From assembly GCF_018350175.1 (NCBI RefSeq), contig NC_058369.1:14322001-14386000 (forward strand): a DNA stretch of 64,000 nucleotides. The letters run 5' to 3'. This document shows, piece by piece, positions 48,232-64,000 of the stretch. How positions within the stretch are numbered: the first letter of the stretch is position 1; every line of letters begins with the position of its first letter. Both the position numbers and the translations under genes were made by a program. This DNA comes from Felis catus (taxonomy: Eukaryota). The notes beneath the pieces are model-generated. The model was given only the letters and a program-made list of their open reading frames with translations, searched no databases and was not told where the DNA came from.

Positions 48232-49302
48232 AGAACCAGGCAAAAGGAAGCACAACCCCTTTCCCACACCTTCCCCGGAGCCTTCACCTGGGGAGACAGA
48301 GCCCAGAGAAAAACAAGAGGGTCTGGAAGTCCCTGAGCCCCAAACCACACCCCCCCCGCCTCCACAATCCTTTGTAAAAAGCTCCTCTCTCCTCTTTCTT
48401 ACATACACAAGGTCCTCTTGGCAGGCATAGCCATGTATCTGAAAAGTCAGTTCTAATCAGGCTGAACTCTGGGACCATCTCCCAGTGAAGGGAAGCACAA
48501 TCAGCAAAGATCATTCTTTGCATTGGTTAAGTCTTTTGTTGGCAAGGCTGATTACCAGTTGTTGAAATAAGGCTTTGATGAAGGTGCAAGAGTGTATGTT
48601 TGGGTTCACACTAAGGAATTGCTTTTCACACCAGAAGATCAGGCTTAGTAAACTGTCAGATGTGCAGGTTTACTAAATGCAGGCTGAAGCTTTTAGTTAA
48701 GGTCATTGGCTTTGGGAATAGAAAACTCCATAGAAGCACACTGCTTGAACTTGACAGCTGTCTTCCTTCACCCTGGACTTCAGCGCAAGTTCCTTCTCTG
48801 GTCTTGGTGGATAAATGGAGTATGGAACTCCTATGTACTGAATTTTAGGAATGTTTTTAGAATAACCTCCTTCTGTGCCCTCAGAGTTAGGGGTCAGAAT
48901 AGTCAGAGCAATATACGGGAATAGAAGGAAGGTGTATTGCTTACCCTCCCAGGTCTAGTCCAGTGCTGAGATTTGGTGGTTCTGTACGTGTGGTGAATCT
49001 CTCTCACACAAACAGATGAGAGGATGTTTAGGGCTTGATGAGCCCAGATTTCTTCCCCCTCCATCTCTCAGGGAGACAAAGAACCTCCTTCCTGGATCAA
49101 GGAGGTGCCAAGTTTTCTAGCTCAGTGCCCATCCCCGTCCCTCCAGAGACATTGGTAGTGCCCCTGCCCTGGGTCCTGCCCCCACTCTTGCCCCATCCCT
49201 GTCTTCATTCATTGCCTGGTGGACTAGAAATGCTTAAAACTTGAAGTAGTAACATCTTCCTGCGGTCATGTTGTAGAGAAATGCACAGTGTTAAAAACTG
49301 AA

Positions 49303-49304
<2 letters not shown>

Positions 49305-49342
<38 letters not shown>
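49305..49342 (+). repeat. (AC)n microsatellite in the NCAN 3'UTR
   Basis: Read directly. Confidence 0.93.
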
Positions 49343-49347
<5 letters not shown>

Positions 49348-50492
49348 GACACACACATTTTTTCTCATTGCTTTTTAAAAATCTTTTAAGTGGGAAAGCA
49401 CTGACTAAATCTGTTCCCCCAATTGGCAACCTGTAAAATAGTTCTCCAAGCCAGAGGCCAGGATTCAGCTCCTTGATCTCTGGCAGGGAAAACCCCCATG
49501 GTATCCTTCATGTTTTGTCCCCTCTGAACTCCTCTCCTCTGGGAAAAGTCTGTGGATCTGTGTTAAAAATTACAGTGGGGAATGGCCCTCTGCAAGAAAG
49601 AAAAATAAGAAAGTAGATGGTCCAAGGGTTCAGTAGAGAAAGAAATGTGTTGATTGAGCCTATATTCCTCCTGGGAAGGAATAATCATAGCCGACAACTA
49701 TGGAGTCTATACTGTGCTAAGGACTCCCACACTATCTCCTTGAATCTTCTCAACAGCCCAGTGATTTTGGAACTATTATTTCCCCATTTTACACATAACA
49801 AGACTGAGGCTCAGAGAAGAGAAAGGCACTGGTTTGAATCCACAGCCAAGACAGGAGAAAGGATTTGGTCCTTCATCTGTCTGATTCCAAACATCGCTTT
49901 TACTTTGGGGGAATGGACTGAAGCATAATTATACTCTCTCATATGCACAGGCAGATTTAGGAAAAGATTGAGAAGTGCAAACTAGACCCTTATCCTTGAC
50001 CATGGTCTTCAGTCTTCCCCGCTATAGACATTATCTCCTGCTCCACCTTATAGTTATAGAGAAAGCCCAGGGATGTACATTTGCCTTCTTGCTTTGATAA
50101 TTTTTTTTTGCTTTTAAAAATATAATAACACATCTTCAATAATTCATGTCATAAAATAATTTTCCTTTGGGGGTGGTGCTTGGGGGTGCAACTTTTTTTT
50201 AGGGGGGGGCTTGGTTTATGCTCCCTGCCCTTGGCCCCCTTAGTCCCTTGCTCGGCCTCCACCCAGCTCCCTGGTGGGAGGGGGCTATGGTCTTTTCTAA
50301 AGTGGGTGGTTTGTCTTTTAGTCTTTCCCTTTGGGATGTGCGTGTGTTTGCGTGTGCCGCGTGCGTGGCATGCGTGTGAGTGTGTGCGCGCGTGAACAGC
50401 TTCGGGTTCTGCTGGTTTTGCTGTGAGCTGCAGTGTTCTGTGGGTCTGTGGTATCTGACACTGTGGATATTAATGTACTTCTTGGACATTTT

Positions 50493-50498
50493 AATAAA
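50493..50498 (+). terminator. NCAN polyadenylation signal (3'UTR about 2.3 kb)
   Basis: AATAAA with an upstream TGTA; unique sequence gives way to repeat-derived DNA just downstream. Confidence 0.75.
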
Positions 50499-50939
50499 AT
50501 TTTTTAACAGTTCCACCTGCCTGTCGCCTCCTGAGACCTTTCTTCATTGATTTACTCAGCAACTACTTGCTGAGCAGGTATTATAAGCCAGGTACTGTGC
50601 TGGGTGCTGGGGAGATAATGGTGAACAAGACAGACATGCCCCCGGGAGGTGGTCAAGAAAGGCTTCCAAGAGGAGGCGGATGGGATCTAACGGAGGAGTA
50701 GTGTTAACTAGATGAGGAGTGGAAAGAAAGGAAGACACTTTCAGGCAGAAGAAAGAGGCAAATATCCTCTTCCAGAAGGGACATGGGCTATTTGAGAAAC
50801 AGCAAGGAATCCATAGTGGCTGGAGTAGAGTGATAGAGGTTGATCGTAGGAGGAAATGAGGTCAGAGACACAGAGGATGGACTACTCAGGGCCATATGGG
50901 CTGTAGTGAGGAGTTTAGGCTTCATTCTAAAAGCAATAC

Positions 50940-52730
50940 TGACAAAAACCAAAAAAAAAAAAAAAAAGCAAAACAAAAAACATAAACGAGGTCAAAAGGT
51001 AAATGCCAACTTGGAAACAAATTTTCAAATCAAAGATAAAAGACTTGTCTTAATATATAAAGAGCTCCTACAATTCAATAGGAAAAAAAGACTAATAATC
51101 CAATAGCCAAATAGGCAAAGGATGTGAATAACATGTTCACAGAAAAGGAAATACAGATGCTCTTAAACTACAACATATATTCAACAAAACAATACACATT
51201 TTGCAGGAACATCAGGATGAACAAAGAAGAGCATTTTTAAAAATTTTGCTCAATGTTTATTTATTTTTGAGAGAGAAAGAGAGAGCAAGTGGGGAAGGGG
51301 CAGAGAGAGAGGGAGACAGAATCCGAAGCAGGCTCCAGGCTTTGAGCTGTCAGCACAGAGCCCGACGTGGGGCTTGAACTCACAAGCCATGAGATCATGA
51401 CCTTAGTTGAAGTCAGACGCATAACCGCCTGACCCACCCAGGCGCCCCAAGAAGAGCATATTTAAAAAGAGAATCAAATAAATCTAACAGGAGAGGAGGC
51501 TTGCACTGATCGACGATGACAGCATACCCAACCTGAGAATGATTTATGACTTCCTCAACCACCTGCACCTAACGTCAAAGTGGAGAATGTTTGTTCGGTT
51601 TCACACATAATAAGAGAATAGCCAGTGACAAGCACCATGAGATACCGTTTCTTATTTATCAGGTTCACTATGGTGAAAAGGGATAACACACAATGCTGAT
51701 TAGGATGTGTGGAAAGAGGCGAGTACATCTATTACTGGTGGGGTATAAACTGGCCCCACCCCTAAGAGAAGGTGGAGACCACTATCGAAGTGGCAAATGT
51801 GACTCCTTGATTCAACAGCTCTTGATATCCTCTATCCTCCTCTGGTTATACTTGTGTGAGATGATGTGGGCACTTATTCACAGCAAAATAGGGGACTCTA
51901 AATGTCTGCCATTAGGAAGTGGGCTACAAAAATGCATCCAAACAATGAATAACCTGCCAACTTTCAAAAGGATATGGGGGTGGGGGATCTTTATACGGTG
52001 ATGGAAACTATCTCAAATATATATTATTAAGTCAAAGAAGAATGACTTTAAAAGTATACATGGCACCAGAATGTTCATAGCAGCATTATTCACAGTTGCC
52101 AAAAGGTGGAAAAACCCAAATGTCCATTAACTCATGAACGAATAAACAAAATGTGGCATACACATACCACAGAATATTATTCAGCCATCAAAAGGAATAA
52201 GGTCTTGATTCACACTCAACATGAAGGAGACTCAAAAATATTATGCTGACTGAAGGAAGCTGGACACAAAAGGACATATATTATATGACTCTGTTCGTAT
52301 GAAACATCAAGAACAGGCAAATCTAGGGGCGCCTGGCTGGCTCATTTGGTAGAGTGTGAAACTCTTGATCTTGGAGTTAGGAGTTTGAGCCCCAGATTGG
52401 GTGTAGAGAGTACTTAACATTTTTTTAAAAAATCAATTACAAAAATAGGCAAATCTCTGGAGATGGAAAGTTAAACAGTTGCCAGGGCAGGGGGGTAGGG
52501 AAGGGAGGAATGGGGAGTGTTTGTTTCATGACTATGGGGTTTTCTTTGGGGATGATAAAAATGTCTTGGAACTAGATAGAAATGATAGAACAGTGTGAAT
52601 GTTGTGTAAATGCCATTTGTGTAAAAATAGGGGGGGAAATGCATATGCATATTTGTTTGAATGAACATAAAACATCTCCGGAAGGGCACATAAAAACTTT
52701 GGAGTTCTCTGGGAAGTGAACGGGGGTCTG
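50940..52730 (+). mobile_element. Mosaic of old L1M fragments including a short SINE (52326-52432)
   Basis: AAAGAGCTCCTACAATTCAAT and AATGTTCATAGCAGCATTATTCACA motifs. Confidence 0.65.
51235..51448 (-). mobile_element. SINEC_Fc-like element
   Basis: TSD AAGAAGAGCAT(T/A)TTTAA. Confidence 0.9.
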
Positions 52731-53780
52731 TACGATGGGAAGGAGTGGTTTTTCTGAATATCTGGCGTCAGAAAGGGTTCTATCCAGTTTACCAACCCTT
52801 AGCTCTCCCTTAGGTGGGAGATGCAGCAACTCCAGTAGGAGGAAGGTCCCCCTGGTCGAATTGGTTTCTTAAAATCCCAGGACTCAGTCTCACCGTCAGC
52901 CTACCTCCCTAATCATCCCTGCACCAATCAGGGTTTCCCCGGGGAGGTGTGCCACCGCACTCATTGGCTGAACTGGGAGTGGGCGGTGTCAGCCCCTTAG
53001 ACTCTCATTGTAGGAGTGGGGGTTAGAAAATTACATAGTCAAGGCAAAATAGGGAACTGGCACCGCGGAAGGGAGAAAGGAACCGCAACGGAAAAGGCGG
53101 GATGAAAGAAATCCCATGCACTCGTCCCTGGAAATACGCCTCTCACCATTCCCCCGTTCAAGGAAGCTAAGGCCAGCTGGAGCCCAAGGCTGTCTCACGA
53201 AGGGGCTGGACGCTGCCTTCAGATGAGTGGCTTGAGTCTCTTGGAGGGCTGTCACATCTGGTATTGAAGGATGAGCAGTTACACCGACCATCTCACTTCT
53301 ACAGCCTAATCGGTTTTACACTTTGTTCTCTTTTCCCTCTGTCCGTATCCCAGAAACTGTCAGTGTTTCTCAGGCCACGATCCCACCCCTACTCCACCTC
53401 CGCACCAGGGAAAATTTGCAACCTCTCTGCCTTCCCGATACAAGAACTCTCCATCCAGTTTTGCACACTTGGGTGCCTGGGGGACTGAGAGGAACCACTG
53501 GGTTTGTCAACGACCCAGTCGGGACAGGGCTGTGAAGGGCCAGACACATGGGGGATGATGCAAGGAAGACAGTGAAGGCAGAATGGGGGAGTGGAGAGGT
53601 GGGGAAAATTGGAGAGTAGAGGTGGTCCTGAGGAATGAGGGTGATGCTTCTCAAGCAAATCATCATCACACACCCCCAGCTGGGAAATGTTTTGTCCACC
53701 CAAGTACATTTATGAAGTAATTACCCATCGGCTGCCTCATTTTCTCATTCATCCAAAAAACAAAACAAAACAACTTTTTT

Positions 53781-53786
53781 TTTATT
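53781..53786 (-). terminator. HAPLN4 polyadenylation signal (3'UTR about 2.1 kb)
   Basis: Minus-strand AATAAA followed by GT-rich GTTGTTTTGTTTTG. Confidence 0.65.
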
Positions 53787-54483
53787 GAGCCCCTGCTGTA
53801 TGCTTTGCACTCACTGGGACCTCAGAACAGCTCTGGTACAGAGGAGGAAACAGGCTCAGGGGGGTTGTCACTTGGTCGCAGCGGCAGGATTTGAACCCAA
53901 CCCACCTGATTCCACAACTCACGGATGGGTTTCCTCAAGATGGATGTGACAATAAGGGGGCCTGGGGTTCCAGGAGGGGCCTCAGTGCTATTCCACGGAA
54001 GACCTTGGATCTGGGGGCTCCCACAGCTGGGGTGGCTTTGTTCATGGGCCATCTCTCCCGAGCTGGCTCTCAACGCTGGGGGGAGTTTGGCTGGGTTCTG
54101 ACCTCTTAGCACAAATTGTCCTTTAGAGCCTGTAGCTCCCTGTGGATTTTGAAGTGTAAAAAACATTCTGTCTCTCCTGTATCTCTAAGGAGTGAAACGT
54201 GGGGCAGGGGGCAGCTAGAGGAGAGAACTCAGTGAGAATGGAGATGTGGTCTCAGAGGGGAAGTGGGGAGCCCAGTGCTTGCACAGCATAAAGGGCTGGG
54301 GCTGCCAGACCTCTGGGGGTTGCAAGGGTGTCTCGTGCACAACTGTTGTCTGGGATATAGTTAGCGTGCAAACGGAGGAGTGTCCAGCAGCTCCAGAAGC
54401 CCAGCCATATCTGGAGATGCTGCCTGGGGCTGGGCCTCTCTGGTTAAGGAGCAGACATTAAATCCCGTGGGGTGCAGTTCCCA

Positions 54484-55849
54484 CCCATGGTAAGAAGTTC
54501 CTGAGAGCTGGGAGGTTGGTTGTCATGGAGACGACGTTGCCGGTCTCTGTGGTGACAGTTTGATGGGGTGGGGCCCTGCTGACATGGGAAAGCCTAGGGG
54601 GACAGGTGTTCTGTCACCCCAAACACCAGAGTTTGGCTTCCATGGCAACCATTGTGGGGTTCAAGCAGCTTGGAGAGGGAGCTTGGATGGGGGGCAAAGA
54701 GCTGGGGTGCACCTGGGGAAAGGGCAGCCTGTTCTCATGGTGAAAACTGGAGAACTGAATGTTGGGACACTCTCAGGACAGTTCTGGGGGTAGGGGAGAG
54801 TGGTCTTCACGGCTGTTGGTAAGGATGGGGACTTTAAGAAGCAGAGTTGTAGCTCTCTGGTGTCCCGGAGGTGAGATGGGAAACGTGTGGTATCCATGGT
54901 TACAGCTGGAGGAGGGAGGCACTATCTCCATGGGTGTGACTGATGAGGGAAGGGCTATGTGACTAGGTTACAGGTAGAAGTTGGGCTGGTCGCCTTGGTA
55001 ACATGGGAAGTGGGACAGCTTTCTCCACAGCTAGTGACACGGATCCTACGGATCCCTGGGCCCAGGGGATGGTCTCTTTGGTGACAGCCAGGAAAGAGGC
55101 CATCAAGTGGGAGCAGATTTGCTCCCTCCAAAGTCATACCTGAGGGGTGGGGCATGGCCGCCAGTCATGCGAGCCGGCTGGGGCATGTCAATCTGTTTTT
55201 GTGGTGACAGACGAGGCTGGTCTCCCCTGAAACTGGAGGAGCGGGGCTGTTCACAGTGACCGGGGAACGTGGCCTGTTATTCTGCAAACTTCGAGGACTC
55301 GCAGTGGAAGGGGGAAAGAATGGGAATACCTAATATCCAGGTCACCATAGGGAAGAGGACAGGAGCCCTGTCTCCATGTGACCACGGGGGCGTGATCACC
55401 TGGTGAACTCTGAGGTTTCTGTTTTCTATACATGTTGAGGGGGAGGGTTAAGGGATCAGTCTTCAGTCTCCAGGGAGATGCAGAGGGCCTGAGGCCAATC
55501 TCCAGATAATCCCGGGGGTCCAGCCTCCAGGAGACCGCGGGGGAGGGGGTGATTCTGTCTGTTTCCAAGTGACCTGGGGAGGCATTGCCAGTCTTCAGGA
55601 GACCTCAGCGTCTGTTGGCCTCCAGGGGTCTTCAGGGGGCATGCCCCATCTCCTGGAGAAAGTCGAAGGAGGAGGGGAAATCCACTATCCAGGAGAGGTG
55701 GGGGCTTGGTCAGTCTCCCGGGATTGGCCAGTCTATGGGGACCTCGGGGGCGCAGCCGGTGTTCAAAGACCACAGGAGGCCTGGTCAGCCTGCTACGCAC
55801 CGCAGGGGGAGAGGCCAGTCTCCAGTCACGTGGTCTGTCTCCAAGAGAC
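54484..55849. repeat. Dispersed array of RFX X-box-like quasi-palindromes in the HAPLN4 3'UTR
   Basis: At least 16 elements of 13-14 bp resembling GTTGCCATGGCAAC; individual coordinates are given in findings. Confidence 0.6.
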
Positions 55850-55900
55850 CGCAGAGCACTCGGCCAGCCGCCAAGCACCCCAGCCATCTGCGCCCAGGAT

Positions 55901-60245
<4,345 letters not shown>

Positions 60246-60500
60246 CTTGCCCGTGCGGCCCCCGCCGAGCGGCCCCTACGCGCCGGGACTGCGCTCCCCG
60301 AACACCCAGGAAGGACTGGGCAAGTCCCTTCAGGCGGCGCAATCCCGGCGTCTGCCTGCAAGGGGAGGAGGGAGGCGGACGCGGGAGCGGGGAGGAGCTT
60401 TAAAGGGGACGCAGCGACACGCGCTCCGGGAAGAAACCAGGGGCGCAAGCCGAGGAAGGACCGCGCTGGACAGTGAGTTCAGGTCCACGTCGCCGATCCT
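60246..60500 (-). promoter_or_regulatory. HAPLN4 5'UTR and CpG-island promoter
   Basis: CpG-rich; TATA-like CTTTAAAG at 60398-60405 upstream of the ATG-only first coding exon (GCAAGATG|GTGAGT). Confidence 0.65.
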
Positions 60501-61633
60501 GCTGGCTGGTCTTGGGCAGGCAGAGGAAACTCTGGGCCTCAGTTTAACTATCTCTAAAATGGAGGAGGGGGGCCTGATGGAGTCTTCCATGCAGGATGCC
60601 CAAGGTGAGCCGGGAGGGCTCAGTAACCTGCGAAAGGGGCTTGGCCTGCAGGCTTCAGTTTTCCCATTTGTCACTTGGCGGCCATCGCAGTGTCCTGGGC
60701 ACCAAAAGGTTCTCACTCTGCGGAGTGGGGGCCCCACACGACAGTCACACACTCTGCAGAGGGAACTTGCAGCAACAGGTTCAAATCTGCCTCTGCCTCT
60801 CACCTGCTGTAGGACCTTGGAAGAGAGGCTTGGTGTCTCTGAGCCTCAGTTTCCTCCCACCTCTGGGAAACAGAGTGCTGGGTGGTTCTTTGGTGAAGAT
60901 CCAATGGCTAGGAACACAATAGGTGCCTAAGAAATGTTGGTAGGGTCAGGGAACAGGGGAGTCTGATCAAGCCCGACCCACTCTGGGCCTGAGTCACCCC
61001 CAGAACCTGGCCCTTCACCCAAGTTCAAACCAGGAATGAAAATGAACCATTGAACCTGGAATAAAATGAGCCTTTTCCTCAACCCCTTGGCTGCCTCCTC
61101 AGCCTCAGTTTCCCCAAAATATGAACCAACCATACAGCAGAGGCAGGGTTATAGAGTCCATGATTGGATGGGCTAGGCCAGGGCTCTGTCCTTTAGCTCA
61201 GCTGCATCCAGGAGCCATGACCTCCGAACAGGACCTTTACCTCCTGCAGGCTCAGTTTCCCCATCTAGAATATATGGTAAGATCCAGCATGTACCACTTG
61301 AGGTTAGCCCTTGAAATGGTATACGGTAGGTGCTTAATAACTGTGCCACACTACTAGTAATTATAATTTATTGTCAGAACTTAGGTTTCAGATGCTTCTC
61401 TACTGATTGTGAACTCAGACAGAGTTTGACCTCTCTGAGCCTCAGTTTTCCCCATCTGGAAGATGGAGCTGTGCATACCAACCAGAGGCAGACTTCTGCT
61501 GTCCGGCTTCTCCAGCTCCTGATGGCCACGCTGGCAGTGATGGGTAGGCCCTCATGGGGTCTGAAAAGCAGGTCCCTGACCTCTGAATCCTGAAACACTC
61601 AGGCAGCAGCAATATTTGGGCATCAAAAGGTTT

Positions 61634-61639
61634 TTTACT
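61634..61639 (-). terminator. Candidate TM6SF2 variant polyA signal AGTAAA (canonical AATAAA alternative at 61367-61372)
   Basis: AGTAAA about 280 nt after the stop; the next canonical hexamer lies in MIR-like DNA. Confidence 0.4.
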
Positions 61640-61917
61640 AAAGGGTCCATGGGGTATGGTATGATGGGTAAATTCTGGGAGGCAGTAGAAGTGTCCTGTG
61701 GGATTGGGGTACCATGACAGCTGAGCATGTCTGTGGCCCGCTCTGTGGGAACACTTGGCCCTTGGGCCTCCCATCCTGTCCATTGGCCTGAAACCACCAT
61801 GGCCAGGACCAAAGGCACCTGGAGATGTACTTTCTGCCTCTAAACAACCCAGCCCACCCTTCCCCAAGCAGGGCTTGCTAGGCATGTAAACAGAGTCCTG
61901 GGGAGTCCCCAGCCCTC

Positions 61918-63130
61918 TCAGTGCTGCTTCTTGTGGTGGGCCGGGGGGCCAGGGGGAGGGCGCAGGAAGAAGGCGGGCCACTGAAGGCAGCGGAAGGCCA
62001 GCAGGTGGGGGCCCAGCGCATACAGCAGGTTGCACCCGAAGAAGCAGGCCCAGGCGTCATCAGGCACACGGTAGGTGAAGGGCGTGCGCAGGTGCATGGA
62101 GGCACCCATGTGCGAGAACTGTGCCTAGTGGCCACACAGGGAGGGTGGATGTCAGGGGCCTGGAGAGAATAAGTCCTAGTATCATCAATACCCCACCCCA
62201 GGGAGCCCAGGCTGATGACCTGTTTCCCCTCTCCAGCCCATCTGTCTGCCTCTAAATATTCCTGCCCCTGCATGTACTGTCTGTCCTTGTCCATCTGTCT
62301 GTGAGCCTCTCCCCAGCTGTCTAACCAGAACCATCTCCACTCTTTTAAGTGGGCCCTGTTTCCCATCTCTCTGATCTGGGCCCGGCTCTTCCTCCTGCTC
62401 TTCCCTACCCCATTTCTGTCCCCGACACAAATCTGGTCCATTCTACCCCAGAGATGTCTTCCTAGTTACCCCTGCCCAGGCCTGGGCCCAGGCTTTATCA
62501 CTTTCCATCAGAAACTCAGAAGCAAGCCCTCCAGCTCTGACTGCGCCCTCCACAGCTCAGACATATTCCATGGCTCCCCCAAGCTCAGAGTTGAAAGCCC
62601 GCAGCATCTAGCTGTCAAATTCTCTTGCCTCTGCCTTTAACCCATGTTGTGGCTCTACTAAACCACTATCCGCCTATGTGTTTTTATGCTCTTCCCATTC
62701 TTCAAATGCCCTTCCCTGCCTAGAGAACTCATACCCATACATCAAAGCCCAACCCCTATACTCACTCTTCTAGGAAATCTTCCCTCTCTGGAATCCCTCT
62801 CAGCCCCTATCCTTCCCTCTCTCTAGTTCTGACCCCATGGAGTTGGGACCCCATGGAGTGTATCTTAGGGTACCAAGCTGAGGGTGGGGCCTCTCAGAGT
62901 CTGTTCAGGGAGGGCAGAAGAGCATTTGATGGGTAGGCAGAAACTTTCTTCCCTACTGATCCACCCACACCTCCCCCTCCCCCCTTCCCCCCCCCCCCCC
63001 CCCACCTCACCTGGCCAACAGCTCCAGCAAACACCAAGGCCCAGTCAGGCAGCCAAGAACAGCCAGGGACAATGAGGGCATAGACAGCCAGGCCATAGAA
63101 GGGCAGCACATAGAACATATACACCAGCAT
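61918..63130 (-). CDS. TM6SF2: Transmembrane 6 superfamily member 2, last two coding exons (gene continues beyond window)
   Basis: Exons complement(63011-63130, 61918-62124): MLVYMFYVLPFYGLAVYALIVPGCSWLPDWALVFAGAVGQ|AQFSHMGASMHLRTPFTYRVP...HHKKQH*, ending in a KKxx ER-retrieval motif. Confidence 0.95.
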
Positions 63131-63716
63131 CTAAGGGGCACACGACCAGGAGGATGAGCAGCTGCCCCAGCCAGGTCTCTTGAGACCCCCGAGGTAGAGA
63201 CCCCAGGGAGGATCTGGCCAGCCTCGGATCCCACCCAGGCAGGACGGGGGCTCTCTGTGCTCCCAACCCTATGTACACTTTTCTCTATTTCCCTTGGGTA
63301 TTCCCCCTGCCACATACATACACACACTGAGCCCACCCACATTACTCCGGAAGTGGCATGTGACCCTGGCCAACTGCAAAACTCCAGCCCCCTGGCCATA
63401 ATGACCAGCGACAGAATGGACATGTTATTCAGTGATGATGGGCATGTGGGCCAATCAGGGCCTGCCTGAGACTTGTGCTTAAGCTCTGGGGAAATAAGAG
63501 CTCAGATTCTTCTGGGGTGGTTAAGTAGGGTGGATGGAGGCCTGGAGCTGCCCAAGGCTGACTCTGCAATCCCACAAAGTGACTACCAGGGAGTGGAGTC
63601 CATGCAAAGAAAACAGAGCCCAGAGAGAGTTGCCTTAGCTCCTAGGTCCAGCCATACTTGGAAGACCATATCTGTCTTCATTTTTGAAGACAGACATTTT
63701 TGGTAGGACAATGAAT

Positions 63717-63733
63717 TTTTTTAACTTAAAAAA

Positions 63734-63790
<57 letters not shown>

Positions 63791-63960
63791 AGATAGAGAC
63801 AGCGTGAGAGGGGAAAGGGCAGAGAGAGAATCCCAAGCAAGCTCCACACTGCCAGCACAGAGCCCAACACGAGGCTCGAACCCATGAACTGTGAGATCAT
63901 GCATGATCTGAGCCGAAACCAAGAGTCAGACACTCAACTGACTAAGCCACCCCGGCGCCC
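63717..63960 (-). mobile_element. Can-SINE with expanded A/(AT)n tail
   Basis: TSD TGGTAGGACAAT(G/A)AA at 63701-63715 and 63961-63975. Confidence 0.88.
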
Positions 63961-64000
63961 TGGTAGGACAATAAACTGGCTTGTGTTTGTGGTGCCTGCC

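Noticed and set aside
52639-52650. Perfect MORE palindrome ATGCATATGCAT
   Set aside because: It lies within old L1-derived AT-rich sequence with no supporting context.
54484-55849. CRISPR-like reading of the palindrome array, or a link to neighbouring RFXANK
   Set aside because: Repeats are degenerate, irregularly spaced and eukaryotic, with no cas genes. RFXANK does not bind DNA by itself, so the proximity is treated as coincidence.

Overview
Mammalian genomic DNA, not prokaryotic. The SINEs are Can-SINE/SINEC_Fc-like and a felid-type L1 3' end is present, so the source is a feliform carnivore, most likely a felid. The window is orthologous to the human 19p13.11 cluster: BORCS8 (-, complete CDS, 119 aa), RFXANK (+, 260 aa), NR2C2AP (-, 139 aa), NCAN (+, 1362 aa), HAPLN4 (-, 403 aa) and the last two exons of TM6SF2 (-). 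I traced every coding exon by hand through its splice sites, and all frames close on a stop. Introns carry about 20 Can-SINEs, L1/L2/MIR/MER fragments and microsatellites; there are two assembly gaps. The most unusual signals are: (1) a dense array of at least 16 RFX X-box-like quasi-palindromes in about 1.35 kb of the HAPLN4 3'UTR; (2) a U12-type AT-AC terminal intron in NR2C2AP, whose 3'UTR appears to overlap the last RFXANK exon; (3) exon phases that would make a TM6SF2-to-HAPLN4 read-through splice an in-frame fusion; (4) an RE1 site and POU-dimer sites in NCAN intron 1; (5) an in-frame duplicate 5' splice site after NCAN exon 6. Comparisons with human or rodent sequences are from memory and were not computed. 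No CRISPR array, rRNA or tRNA gene, or novel protein-coding system is supported.
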